Shown: one piece after another, positions 48,327 through 59,175 of the stretch | Layout of the letters: each line of letters starts with the position of its first letter | Numbering within the stretch: the stretch's first letter is position 1 | NCBI GenBank assembly: GCA_965205605.1 | Contig: CBDBHE010000008.1 | Span: forward strand, 96,001-160,000 | Source of the DNA: Spirochaetota bacterium | GTDB taxonomy: Bacteria > Spirochaetota > UBA12135 > COTS27 > CBDBHE01 | Length of the DNA: 64,000 bases | Direction: 5' to 3' | Made by a program: the position numbers and the translations under genes | The notes under the pieces: model-generated | What the model was told of the DNA's origin: nothing | Databases searched by the model: none | Seen by the model: the letters and a program-made list of their open reading frames with translations, nothing else

Positions 48327-50465
48327 TTAAACTTTAATTTCATTAAAGTCAATGATTCTTTTTATAAAATTCTCTATATGTATTAAAAGTAAAAGTCTAT
48401 TAATTCTAATCTTTTCATCATCAACAAGAACAAAGATTTCATTAAAAAAATGAGATAAAGGTTCCTTAAAGTTCGCTATAATTTGATAGATTTTTTCATA
48501 ATTTCTTTCTTCAAAAGCTTTTTTTATTTCTTTTTTACTAAATTGATAATAATTATAAAGTTCTTTTTCTTCTTTTTTTTTTATTAATTTTTCATTAATA
48601 GAGCCCTTAGCCTCTTGGTTTTGTATCATATGAGTTAAACGTTTTAAAACTTGTATCAATTGATTAAAAATCTCAGTTTTTTTTTGCCGTAACTGATGAA
48701 GTGAAAAAACAATTAAATATAAATCATAAAAATTATTATTTTCTGTTTTAAAACTAGCTTTAATTTCATCTACTTTAAATTCATAATTTTTAAAAATAGT
48801 AACGAGTCTTGATTTAAAAAAATTTAAAACTATTTTTTGAAATGCTTGTTGATTTTCAAAAAGACTTGTTTTCTTAAAATAAGGCTGATAAATAAAACTC
48901 ATTTTTTTTATCAATGTAAAAAGATCCAAAGAGATTTTGTGTTCAATTAAAATTCTAGAGATTCCCAAAGCAGCTCTCCTAAGGGCATACGGGTCCTCGC
49001 TGCCAGTTGGGATAAGCCCAATAGCATAACAACTTAAAATCAAATCAAACTTATCAATTAAAGCAAGACAAATCCCTAACGTTGTTTCTGGAAGAGGAGA
49101 ATGAGCCATTTTAGGTAAATATTGTTCTGAAAAAGCTTTTCCAATTTTAGAATTCCACTTATATTCATTGGCATAATACCTGCCCATCACTCCTTGAAGT
49201 GTAGGGAATTCCTTAACCATTTCAGAAACCAAATCACACTTCATATACGTGATCGCTTTAGTTAAAAGAGATTCTTCAATTGTTTCTTCAAAAAAGGAGT
49301 TAAGAATTAAACCTAGTTTTTTTAATCTTTCTGTCTTATCAAAATAAGAACCTAAAAGATGATGATCCGTCATTTTTTTTAATTTCTCTTCCCAAGTATT
49401 AAAACCAACTTTAATATCTTCCTTATAAAGAAACTCTGCATCCTTAAATCGAGCTGATAAAACTCTTTCATTACCTTTAATGACTTTTTCTTTTTTTGTA
49501 ATATTAGAGATCATTATAAAACGAGGTAGTAAATTACCTTTTAGATCAGATACAGGGAAGTACTTTTGATATTCGACCATTTCGGAAATTAAAACTTCTG
49601 AAGGCAATGACAAAAAAGAAGCATTGAATGTCCCTTCCATGAGAGTTGGATATTCTACTAAATGATTAGTAATATGACTTACTTTTTCTTTTTGTAGTAC
49701 GTTTATTTTTTTTTCTTTTTCAAGATTTTCAATTTGATCATCAATAATTTTTTTTCTTTCAGCAGAATCACAAATCACAAAGTTTTTTTTTAATAATTTT
49801 TTGTATTCATTAGCATGGGGGATACAAAGAGCAGATTTTAATTTTGAAAGTTGCCCATGAGAATAAGTGACATTATTAGAATCTAACCCTGCAAAACGAA
49901 AAGAGACCGTTTTTCGATCTAACAAGCAAAGTAGCCACCGAATGGGTCTTAAAAATAAAGTATCTCCACTACCCCATTTCATCATTTTTGAAAAAGTGAT
50001 TTTTGGTAAAGCTTCTTCAATAAGATGGGGTAATAAAGAAGCAATAGAGTCTGCTTTTTTTTCAAAATAATAAATAAGAAATTCTTTATTCCCTATTATT
50101 TCTTTATAAAGGCCTTCTTTAAGAGGTTTTTTTCTATCTAAAATTTGAAGTTGGTAACGAAGATCAAAGCTTTCCCCTACCGTTGATTTTAAAAAACCAA
50201 GTCCTTGAGGAGTCCATTTTTCATTTTTAAAAACTTGACTTAGCAAAGGCCCTTTTTTATAAATTGATTGTTTTTTGATTTTCTCATTTATATCACTGAC
50301 TAAAATAGCCAGTCTTCTTGGCGTACTGTAAAACTTAATATCACGATAACCAATTTTTTCTTTTTTAAAAGTAGTCTCAAAAACACTGACAGTTTCTTTT
50401 ATTCCCGTATCAATTAAAGAATGAGGTAATTCTTCAACTCCAATTTCTAATAAAAAATCAGCCAT
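48327..50465 (-). CDS. glyS: Glycine--tRNA ligase beta subunit
   Basis: FLLEIGVEELP, STPRRLA, FLRPIRW, LVEYP, EFPTLQGVMG, PTGSEDPYALRRAA, IRINRL. Confidence 0.96.
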   Translation of the reverse strand: MADFLLEIGVEELPHSLIDTGIKETVSVFETTFKKEKIGYRDIKFYSTPRRLAILVSDINEKIKKQSIYKKGPLLSQVFKNEKWTPQGLGFLKSTVGESFDLRYQLQILDRKKPLKEGLYKEIIGNKEFLIYYFEKKADSIASLLPHLIEEALPKITFSKMMKWGSGDTLFLRPIRWLLCLLDRKTVSFRFAGLDSNNVTYSHGQLSKLKSALCIPHANEYKKLLKKNFVICDSAERKKIIDDQIENLEKEKKINVLQKEKVSHITNHLVEYPTLMEGTFNASFLSLPSEVLISEMVEYQKYFPVSDLKGNLLPRFIMISNITKKEKVIKGNERVLSARFKDAEFLYKEDIKVGFNTWEEKLKKMTDHHLLGSYFDKTERLKKLGLILNSFFEETIEESLLTKAITYMKCDLVSEMVKEFPTLQGVMGRYYANEYKWNSKIGKAFSEQYLPKMAHSPLPETTLGICLALIDKFDLILSCYAIGLIPTGSEDPYALRRAALGISRILIEHKISLDLFTLIKKMSFIYQPYFKKTSLFENQQAFQKIVLNFFKSRLVTIFKNYEFKVDEIKASFKTENNNFYDLYLIVFSLHQLRQKKTEIFNQLIQVLKRLTHMIQNQEAKGSINEKLIKKKEEKELYNYYQFSKKEIKKAFEERNYEKIYQIIANFKEPLSHFFNEIFVLVDDEKIRINRLLLLIHIENFIKRIIDFNEIKV

Positions 50466-50476
50466 CAATTAAAAAA

Positions 50477-51355
50477 TTAATTTTTGTTTTTTAAAAGAGG
50501 AAATCCTATTTTTTCTCTTTCAGTTAAGTAAAGCCTTGCTACTTTTTTCGCTAAGTTTCTTATCACATCAATGTAAGAAACCCTTTCAATCACTGAAATG
50601 ACTCCTCTTGCTTCTAAAACATTAAAAAGGTGAGAACATTTAATCACCATATCATAAGCCACTAAAGGAAGTTTATGATCAATATTTTCTAAGGCTTCTT
50701 TTTTAAAAAAATCAAATAAAGTTAAATGTCTTTCTTTAGAAGCTAACGTAAAATAATACTTTGAAAATTCATATTCACTCTTTTGATAAATCTCCCCGTA
50801 AGTGATTTGATCGTTATATTGTAAATCATAAACAGAGTCAACTTCTTGAAGATACATCGCAAGTCTTTCAAGACCATAAGTGATTTCAACACTAATAGGA
50901 TTAAGATCAATAGAACCCATTTGCTGAAAATAAGTAAATTGAGTAATTTCCATCCCATCGATCCAAACTTCCCATCCTAGTCCCCAAGCTCCCAAGGTAG
51001 GAGATTCCCAGTCGTCATGCACAAAACGAATATCATGACAATTTAAATCAATCCCTAAATGAGCCAAGCTTTCCAAATAGAAATTACGAATCTCTTTAGG
51101 AGAAGGTTTGAGCATGACCTGATACTGAAAATATTTTTGAAGTCGATTAGGGTTTTCACCGTAACGCCCATCTTCTGGACGTCTACTAGGCTCTACAAAA
51201 CAAACAGAGTAAGGCTCTGGACCTAAAGCTCTTAAGAAGGTTTCTGGATTAAAAGTACCTGCACCGACTTCTAAATCGCAACCTTGTTGTAACAAGCAGC
51301 CTTTTGAAGCCCAAAAATGATTTAAACGGGTAATAATTTCTTGAAAAAAAAGCAT
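50477..51355 (-). CDS. glyQ: Glycine--tRNA ligase alpha subunit
   Basis: [53 protein letters not shown]. Confidence 0.98.
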   Translation of the reverse strand: MLFFQEIITRLNHFWASKGCLLQQGCDLEVGAGTFNPETFLRALGPEPYSVCFVEPSRRPEDGRYGENPNRLQKYFQYQVMLKPSPKEIRNFYLESLAHLGIDLNCHDIRFVHDDWESPTLGAWGLGWEVWIDGMEITQFTYFQQMGSIDLNPISVEITYGLERLAMYLQEVDSVYDLQYNDQITYGEIYQKSEYEFSKYYFTLASKERHLTLFDFFKKEALENIDHKLPLVAYDMVIKCSHLFNVLEARGVISVIERVSYIDVIRNLAKKVARLYLTEREKIGFPLLKNKN

Positions 51356-51379
51356 CAAAATTTAAAATAAAAAAGCAAA

Positions 51380-52357
51380 TTAATTGTCAGAAGGTAGTTT
51401 TTTAAACTCACCCATTTTAGCATATTTTTCAATTCGTTCTAAAGTTAGCTGATCGGGTGTTTTAGAAATTAGTGCATTAAAAGATTTAGTCAAACTATTT
51501 TTTATATTAGAAGCTGCCAGGGTCCAATTTCGATGAGCTCCCCCTAAAGGCTCTTTAACAATTTCATCAATGATTTTAAATTTTAAAGCCGTGTTTGAGT
51601 CATTTTTAAGAGCATTGGCTGCTTTTATTTTTTTCTCAGGATTCCTCCATAAAATTGAAGCACACGATTCAGGAGAAATCACAGAATAAATGGCATACTC
51701 CAACATTAAAACAGTATTGGCAATTCCTACCCCTAAAGCACCCCCACTACCTCCTTCCCCTATCACAATAGAAATAATAGGGACTTTAAGACCACTCATC
51801 ACTTTTAAATTACGAGCAATGGCTTCTCCTTGACTACGTTCTTCTCCTGCAAGTCCTGGAAAAGCTCCTGGAGTATCAATAAAAGTAATGATCGGTTTAT
51901 TAAATTTACTAGCAAAATTAAAAAAACGAAGGGCTTTTCGATACCCTTCTGGTTGAGGCATCCCAAAATTTCTTTTTAAATTTTCTTCTGTTGTACGCCC
52001 TTTTTGTTGAGCAACCAAAACCACCGATTGACCTTCAAGTTGGGCAATACCACAAACAGTTGATTGATCATCTTTGAAATTACGATCTCCATGCATTTCA
52101 ATGAAATTTTCAAAAATAAGGTCAATATAGTCCAAAGCATACGGACGATTAGGGTGTCTTGCTATTTGAGTGAGAGCCCAATTGTTTAAATTAACATACG
52201 TTTTTTTAGTAGCGTTTAAAATCTCTTCTTTAACATCACTAATAGCTTTATTATTACTATCAAGTTTTTGCAGATTTTTAAGCTTCTCATACAAAAATCC
52301 CAAAGGTTTTGCTTCAAAATCTAAAAGAGTAATTGAAGGATTATAGTCGTATTCCAT
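51380..52357 (-). CDS. accA: Acetyl-CoA carboxylase carboxyltransferase alpha subunit
   Basis: LDFE, ARHPNRP, RNFGMPQPEGYRKA, DTPGAFPG, GEGGSGGALG, YSVISPESCASILW. Confidence 0.97.
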   Translation of the reverse strand: MEYDYNPSITLLDFEAKPLGFLYEKLKNLQKLDSNNKAISDVKEEILNATKKTYVNLNNWALTQIARHPNRPYALDYIDLIFENFIEMHGDRNFKDDQSTVCGIAQLEGQSVVLVAQQKGRTTEENLKRNFGMPQPEGYRKALRFFNFASKFNKPIITFIDTPGAFPGLAGEERSQGEAIARNLKVMSGLKVPIISIVIGEGGSGGALGVGIANTVLMLEYAIYSVISPESCASILWRNPEKKIKAANALKNDSNTALKFKIIDEIVKEPLGGAHRNWTLAASNIKNSLTKSFNALISKTPDQLTLERIEKYAKMGEFKKLPSDN

Positions 52358-52501
52358 AAACTAAATAAACTGATTATAAAATCGATTGTACCATTAATTG
52401 ATTTCATTTCTAATAAAAATAATAATTTTTAACATTTTTCTTAAAAATTAAGTCTTTTGAGGTCGAAAATATAAAATAACTCACCTTATAATTTCTAACT
52501 T

Positions 52502-53581
52502 ATGAAACATTCCAATTATAATCAATTTAAAAAATTAATTTTAATGATCACCAAAGGACTCTTGATCTCTTTCATTACCTTTAGTATTTATTTATTTATT
52601 AGTTACAAAAAAAATCCCACCCGTATTCAAGGAAATTATTACTCTAAAATTATGACTCGTTTTATTGATCAATTTAATGATAACAACCACATTACTTTTG
52701 TTAAAAATTGGTTTCACGTAAATCCTTCGCATATTAAAGTAAATCAAGAAGAAAAAATAATTCAATATAAACTCAGAATTCTCTGTAAAGGACTCAATAA
52801 TTATTTTGCTAATTTTACAAAAAATACAGAAAATATTCTTAATAATAGCGAGATAACTGATTTCTTAATTCAAAATTCTTATTCTAAAAAAAAAGATAAA
52901 ATTAATTCTTTATTAAAAACCTATTTAATCAATAATAAAGATTTATTAGAAATTTCCTTATTTAAAACTGATGGAAAAAAATTATCAACGGTTAAATATC
53001 ATAATATTCAAGAATATATTTTACACCCTAATATTTTAAAAACACTTGAAAACAAAGATAATCTTCTTATTAAAAGCAAGTCTAAAAAGCATTTAATCGT
53101 TATTTCTAAAGTCAAAAAAAACAATCAAACTACCATTTTGATTTCACAAACATTGGATAATTCGTTTTTTACTAAAATCTTAGATTATTTAGAAATTAAC
53201 CAAGACCTTTTTTATTTAAAAAATACCAATAACGAAATGATTATTGATAATTATGAAGCTTATGAATTTATTCGTAATAAGCAATATAGCATTCCCTTTC
53301 TTTTATATCAAAAACTTACTTCTGTTTCAAATCAATCTATAAAGCTTAAAATTAAAAACACAGAATATACTTTAGGAGCTATTATTGAAAAAAATAATTC
53401 TTTAGGTAATTTACTGGCTATTTTAAGTTTGTTTTTCTTTTTTTATTTAGCCATGTTGCTTTTCAATTTCACTAGTTATCAAATCAGTACAATGATTAAC
53501 GAATCTAAAAAACAAAAATTTTATCAAAAAAAAAAAGAAAAAAGAGAAGATATTGAATTTGATTTTTCTAAATCTCTTTAA
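52502..53581 (+). CDS. Two-TM membrane protein with a large periplasmic (Cache-like) domain and only a short cytoplasmic tail
   Basis: TM near each end; EISLFKTDGK and FYLKNTNNEMII resemble Cache/PAS strands. Confidence 0.6.
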   Translation: MKHSNYNQFKKLILMITKGLLISFITFSIYLFISYKKNPTRIQGNYYSKIMTRFIDQFNDNNHITFVKNWFHVNPSHIKVNQEEKIIQYKLRILCKGLNNYFANFTKNTENILNNSEITDFLIQNSYSKKKDKINSLLKTYLINNKDLLEISLFKTDGKKLSTVKYHNIQEYILHPNILKTLENKDNLLIKSKSKKHLIVISKVKKNNQTTILISQTLDNSFFTKILDYLEINQDLFYLKNTNNEMIIDNYEAYEFIRNKQYSIPFLLYQKLTSVSNQSIKLKIKNTEYTLGAIIEKNNSLGNLLAILSLFFFFYLAMLLFNFTSYQISTMINESKKQKFYQKKKEKREDIEFDFSKSL

Positions 53582-53628
53582 AAATTTTTTTGGAAATTAT
53601 TTAAATCAAAAAAAAAGAACCTCATTTT

Positions 53629-55469
53629 ATGATCGATTTTTCTAAATTACCTGAAACCATAAAAAGTAGATTGGTTTTATATACCTTAATTTGCTCTATT
53701 ATTGTTTTCTTTTTTTCCAATTTAATGATTTTCTTCGGTAAAAATCATTTCTTTTCCATGCGAAACAATATTTATAAAACTCATATAAATAATATAACCC
53801 AAGAATATGATAAAAAATTAAAAGCAATTGAAAATACTTGCAAAAAATGGACAGAAAGTACTTTTGTTAATGAAATTTTTAATAGTTTTTCAAAAGAAAT
53901 GATTGTTCTTAACAGAAAAAAAATCAAAAACATTACTCCCCCTACTGCAAATATTAAAAGTATCTATTTTTTAAATAATTCAGAGGAAGAAATTTATAAA
54001 TGGTCCAAAAAAAAAATAACTTAAATATTTTCTATAAAAATGGATTTTATTTACACCCTCATTCAGAATCTTTATTTTTTGGTTTTTTTAATCAAGATAA
54101 AAATAGAAAAAATGGATTTGTTGTTTTCGAAATTTCTATTGAAAACATTTTTGCTATCATTTTAGAAAAATTTCCAAAAGCATTTGATGTTAACTCTTTT
54201 TTAAAAATTAATCAACATACTTTGTTTTTAACAGATCAAAAAAAAAATCTATCCCCCAGAATTACTGAAAAAATTAAATATCATTTAAAAGGAAAAAATT
54301 ATTTTAATAATCCTCATACTTTTTTCCCTGAACTAAAATTATCAGCTCATAAATTAAATGCTCTTCCAGAAGAATTCTCTATCATTTATTACCATACAGA
54401 TAATAGCTTTAATATCCCTACAATCAGTATTTTTTGGCTATTATTTCTTACTATTAACACAATAATTTTATTTTATGTCAATTACTTTTATCAACGAAAA
54501 GAACATAAAAAAGCAATTTTTCTTAGTAAAAAACTAAAAAATAAAAAAAATATTCCTTTTATAGAAAATAACCATTCTATAGAAAAACCAAATAACAATC
54601 GAAAAGAAATCATCAATCCTCTCAAAAATTTTAACCCTGAAGCTGTTCTAACTTCTGAAAAGACAAATGGAAAAATTTCTCACCAACATTTAAACTCTAT
54701 TAAAACAATTAACAACACTACAAGCCATAACAAAGAAAATTCAATTTATGACTTTGATTTATCAAAAATCATGAATGGAGCTAAAAAACACAAACAAGAA
54801 AGCATGAAAATTAGTAGTAATGGACACCTTCCTAAAGCAGAAAACCATATTCAAAAAATGATTAAAACTAAAGAAAATGAAAAAAACACATTAGATAATT
54901 CTCATCCCAAAGCCCTAAATAATAACAAAAAAAAACATAACGATGAAAATCATCAACAATTTAATGCTCACTCAAATAGTCAACTAGCTAATCAAAATGA
55001 AAAAACCATTAATAACAAAACGATCAAACTAATTGATAATTTAGAAAATCAAAAAATAGATACTATAAACTTTTTAGATTTAAACTATATCTGTAAATCT
55101 GTTTTAAAAAATAAAGACTTTTTTTCAAAAAAAAAAGATAACATCGGTTATCTTAAATCACTCCTTAAAGATCAAAAAATTAATATGGCAATACTTTTTG
55201 AAAAACAACACGATAATAGCTATCGACCTTTTCAAATGTTTAATACAACCAAAAAAGAAAAAATTAAAAATTTTACTCTAAAACCAACAAATAAAATTAT
55301 TAGTGAATACTTAGTAAAAAGAAAACCGATTATTATTAGCGATCAAGGCAATTTTTCTTTTTTCTTAAAACAATATTTTCTTACTAATCAAAAATCTGAG
55401 TTTAAAAAAATCATTTTTATTCCAATTGATCAAAAAAACGAACTCCCTTTTATTCTTTCTATTGCGTAA
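53629..55469 (+). CDS. Membrane protein (TM, Cache-like domain, TM, Asn/Lys-rich linker, GAF-like tail) split at an A10 run
   Basis: The 53629 and 54000 ORFs overlap at A-tract 54007-54016; a -1 shift fuses TM1-periplasmic with periplasmic-TM2; ends in KKIIFIPIDQKNELPFILSIA. Confidence 0.55.
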
Positions 55470-55506
55470 AGCAATCTCCATAGTTTAAAATAAACCATAA
55501 ACAGTT

Positions 55507-57339
55507 ATGGTTAAAAAATTCACTTCTCTTCTTAAAATCAATCCTACAGAAAAGGTTTATTTTTTTTCTATTTTAATTGGATGTTCAACAGCGGTTGTTG
55601 CGATCATTTTAACACTGATTTTAGCTCAACTTGAAAATTTGTTTATTAATAATATCATTGGTATTCATTTAAACTATGCTGATAATGAATACCATAAAAG
55701 TTACCCAATTCATTTTATTGCTCCTAGTTCATACTTTCTGTTATTGGTGCCGTCTATTGGTTTTTTTATTTCCAATTTAATTTCTCACCAATGGGCAAAA
55801 GAGACTAAAGGAAGTGGTACTGAAGCAATTATCGAATCGTTTCATCAAAATGAAGGGCATATACGAAAAAGAGTTTCATTTTTAAAAACGATTACTACTC
55901 TTTTGACTTTAGGCACCGGTGGCAATGCCGGTAAAGAAGGCCCCATGACACAAATAGGAGCTGGAATTGGTACTTTATTTTCAAAAATGAGTAAAATGGG
56001 CACAAGGGCAAGAAGGACTTTTTTATTAACAGGAGCTGCTGGAGGATTAGGGGCTATTTTTAAAGCTCCTTTGGGAGGAGCTTTAACAGCAATTGAAGTT
56101 TTATATAAAGAAGATTTAGAAACAGATTCCTTAGTTCCTTGTATTATTTCTTCTACAACCGCTTACATCGTTTATGCTCAATTTTTTGGTTATGATAGAC
56201 TCTTTTCAATACCGTATTATTCTCTTGGAGGATTTAAGGACGTTTATGAAGTTTTTTTATATGTTTTTTTAGGTTTTATTTGTGTTATTTTTGGAGCCCT
56301 TTATGTAAAAAGTTTTAACTTTATTAAAGATGTTTTTTTTGACAAACTTCCTATCCCTACTCTAGCAAAACCTCTTATAGGGGGATTACTTTTAGGGAGC
56401 ATTGGATTGATGTATCATGAATCTATTGGGAATGGATTTGGGACTATACAACGAATTTTTTCTGGAGAATATGAAAGTTCTTTTTTAGAATTTAACGCAA
56501 AAGATTACTTTAAAACGATCAAGATTTTTTGTTTATTAATTGTCTTAAGAAGTTTGACAATGAGCTTAACCATTGGCTCAGGAGGATCGGGAGGTATTTT
56601 TGTGCCTTCTCTAGTCATAGGAGGGCTTTTAGGGGGAACTTTAGGTTGTTTTTATAAAATTCTTTTTCCTAATCTTGTCAATTCTATTACCCCTTATGCC
56701 ATTGTAGGAATGGGAGCTTTTTTTGCTGGAGTAGCCAATGCCCCTATAGCTTCTATGGTGATGGTCTGTGAAATCACAGGAGCCTATCAATTGTTACCTC
56801 CTTTGATGCTAGTTTCAATAATAGCCATTATTTTTTCTAAAAAATACTCTATTTATAAAAATCAACTCATCAATCGATTTTCATCTCCAGCTCATCTTTG
56901 GGACATGAAAATAGATCTTTTAAAAAATGTAACTATCAAAGATTTTTTAAAAAACAATATGATTGAAAAAGTATCTTTTCTAAGTATTGTTAAAGCAAAT
57001 ACTTCTATTAAACAAATGGAAAAAAATACTAAAAAAACTCATTCTTATCACTTTATTGTTGTCAATGATAATAATAAATATTTAGGGGGCGCTTTTATTG
57101 GAGCCAACAACAAAATTTTAAACAAAAACTCTATTGCTGATGATATTTTAAACAAAAATAAAAGATCTGTCGATATAAAAGACGATCTATCTATGGCCAT
57201 TGCTAATATGCTTTATGATAATGTAGATCGTATTGCTGTCATTGAAAATAATCAAGTGATTTCTTTACTTGAATACAAAAGCATTATGAAGTTTTATCAA
57301 AAAAAAATGAAAAAAGATTCCAAAATAAAATCCAATTAA
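55507..57339 (+). CDS. ClC family chloride channel/transporter with C-terminal CBS pair
   Basis: GSGTE, GKEGP, AIFKAPLGG, GGSGGIFVP, CBS-like C-terminus. Confidence 0.94.
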   Translation: MVKKFTSLLKINPTEKVYFFSILIGCSTAVVAIILTLILAQLENLFINNIIGIHLNYADNEYHKSYPIHFIAPSSYFLLLVPSIGFFISNLISHQWAKETKGSGTEAIIESFHQNEGHIRKRVSFLKTITTLLTLGTGGNAGKEGPMTQIGAGIGTLFSKMSKMGTRARRTFLLTGAAGGLGAIFKAPLGGALTAIEVLYKEDLETDSLVPCIISSTTAYIVYAQFFGYDRLFSIPYYSLGGFKDVYEVFLYVFLGFICVIFGALYVKSFNFIKDVFFDKLPIPTLAKPLIGGLLLGSIGLMYHESIGNGFGTIQRIFSGEYESSFLEFNAKDYFKTIKIFCLLIVLRSLTMSLTIGSGGSGGIFVPSLVIGGLLGGTLGCFYKILFPNLVNSITPYAIVGMGAFFAGVANAPIASMVMVCEITGAYQLLPPLMLVSIIAIIFSKKYSIYKNQLINRFSSPAHLWDMKIDLLKNVTIKDFLKNNMIEKVSFLSIVKANTSIKQMEKNTKKTHSYHFIVVNDNNKYLGGAFIGANNKILNKNSIADDILNKNKRSVDIKDDLSMAIANMLYDNVDRIAVIENNQVISLLEYKSIMKFYQKKMKKDSKIKSN

Positions 57340-57363
57340 TTTTTTAAATAATTCTAAAATTTA

Positions 57364-59175
57364 ATGCCTTCACTCAAATTAATCATTAAAGAATCTTTTA
57401 AAAAAAAACTTTTAAACAAAGATCAAAAAAAAATGATTCTAAAGTTAATTAAAAAAGGGCAAAAACACCTTTTTGAAAATTGGAATAATATCTATCAAAC
57501 AACTGCTTACAAAAAAAAAATCATTGAACCATTAGAGCATTTTCATCAAAATTATCAAAAAGGACTTTTTGGCTATCTTAAAAAAGTAAAAAAACTTTTC
57601 CTAAAACAAAATCAAAACACACACTTTTATCCTAAAAAAAAACTTACGGTTCCTGAAGTGATTCAGTTATTAAAGTGGGACAATCATTACCAATATTACG
57701 AAAATAAAGGTAAACAACTTACCAATGAAGTCGCTTTTGTGCTCGTTGCAGGTGGGCTTGGAGAACGACTTGGTTACAAAGGAGCTAAGGTAGAAATGCC
57801 CTTTAATACATATCTAAACAAATCTTTTTTAGAACATTATTGTCAGATGATTTTAACTTTTGAAAACCTTAGTAAAAAAACTCAAAGCTCAAAAAAAACT
57901 TTCACTCCTTTAATCATCATGACTTCTATTTATACACATCAAAAAATTAGTTTGCTTTTAGAAAAAAATTGTTATTATGGTCTAAAAAAAAATCAAATAT
58001 GGTTAATCCAACAAACACTTATACCTGCTATTGCTAATTTAAAAGGAGAAATCGCTTTAAAAAACAAGCACGAAATTCTTATGAAACCTTATGGACATGG
58101 GAACGTGCATATTCTTATTCATCAAAAAAGATACACTGAAAAGCTTCTTAAAATGGGAAAAAAATATTTGTTCTTTATGCAAGACACCAATGCTCAAGTC
58201 TGTAATATCGTCCTCCCTTCTCTTGGCGTTGCAAGTGATCAAAAACTCGATTTCTTATATGTGGGTGTGAAAAAAAAAATAGGAGAAAAAATGGGTTCTT
58301 TAGTAAAATCAAATCAAAAATCCATTATCAATATCGAATATAATTTTTTAGAAAACTTTCTAAGTAAAAATCCAATTCTTCTTAAAAAAAAACACCAACT
58401 TTTAGGTAATACCAATACTTTTATTATTTGTTTAAATACTTATAAAAAAATATTAAACAAATCTAAAGGACTCACTCAAGAGTTTATAAATCCTAAATAT
58501 AAAAATCAAAAAAAAGATTCCTTTGAAAAACCAACCCGCATTGAAACCATGATGCAAAATATCGTCTTTCTTTTGCCTAAAAAAGCAAATTCTAAAATTG
58601 TACAATATAAAAGAAAATGGGCTTTCTCCCCTGTAAAAAATAATTTTCAAAAAGCAATCGAAAATATGAAAAACTCAAAACCTCTTGACAACCTCCTTTC
58701 AGCAGAATGGGACTCTTATGAAATAAATGCAACTTTCCTAAAAAAAATAGGTGCTGCAATCCAAGCTAAAAACAAAACAAAAGTGATCACTAGTTTTAAA
58801 TTGAAAAACATTCCTCTGGTTTATTTTTCTCCTTTATTTTTTAAATCAACAAAAAATATAAAACAAAGAATTAAAAACCTTACTTTAAAAGAGGAAAGCT
58901 CTCTTATAATCGATGGAAATGATATATCAATCAATACCCTTACTATTGATCGTAAGTCGAGTCTTATTATTAAATTAGCAAAAGGAGTTTCTTTAAAAAT
59001 ACTTAACCAAACAATTAGTAATCAAGGAGCAAAAATCGTTTCTACTAAAACACTTAATAAAGAAACCATTCAAACTCATACTCTACTTAATAAAGGTGCT
59101 CTAGTCATTCATATACAAAAAAAAGGAAATTACCAACTTAATAATGGTAAAGTCGTCTCATTAAACATAATTTAA
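57364..59175 (+). CDS. UDP-sugar pyrophosphorylase (USP), plant/trypanosomatid type
   Basis: AFVLVAGGLGERLGYKGAK, IMTS, KPYGHGNVH, QDTN, INIEYN, EFINPKY, PTRIETMMQ, FSPVKN and a C-terminal beta-helix. Confidence 0.82.
   Translation: MPSLKLIIKESFKKKLLNKDQKKMILKLIKKGQKHLFENWNNIYQTTAYKKKIIEPLEHFHQNYQKGLFGYLKKVKKLFLKQNQNTHFYPKKKLTVPEVIQLLKWDNHYQYYENKGKQLTNEVAFVLVAGGLGERLGYKGAKVEMPFNTYLNKSFLEHYCQMILTFENLSKKTQSSKKTFTPLIIMTSIYTHQKISLLLEKNCYYGLKKNQIWLIQQTLIPAIANLKGEIALKNKHEILMKPYGHGNVHILIHQKRYTEKLLKMGKKYLFFMQDTNAQVCNIVLPSLGVASDQKLDFLYVGVKKKIGEKMGSLVKSNQKSIINIEYNFLENFLSKNPILLKKKHQLLGNTNTFIICLNTYKKILNKSKGLTQEFINPKYKNQKKDSFEKPTRIETMMQNIVFLLPKKANSKIVQYKRKWAFSPVKNNFQKAIENMKNSKPLDNLLSAEWDSYEINATFLKKIGAAIQAKNKTKVITSFKLKNIPLVYFSPLFFKSTKNIKQRIKNLTLKEESSLIIDGNDISINTLTIDRKSSLIIKLAKGVSLKILNQTISNQGAKIVSTKTLNKETIQTHTLLNKGALVIHIQKKGNYQLNNGKVVSLNII

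Noticed and set aside
54540-55060. Asn/Lys/His-rich stretch as a tandem repeat
   Set aside because: Low-complexity composition without a discernible repeat unit.
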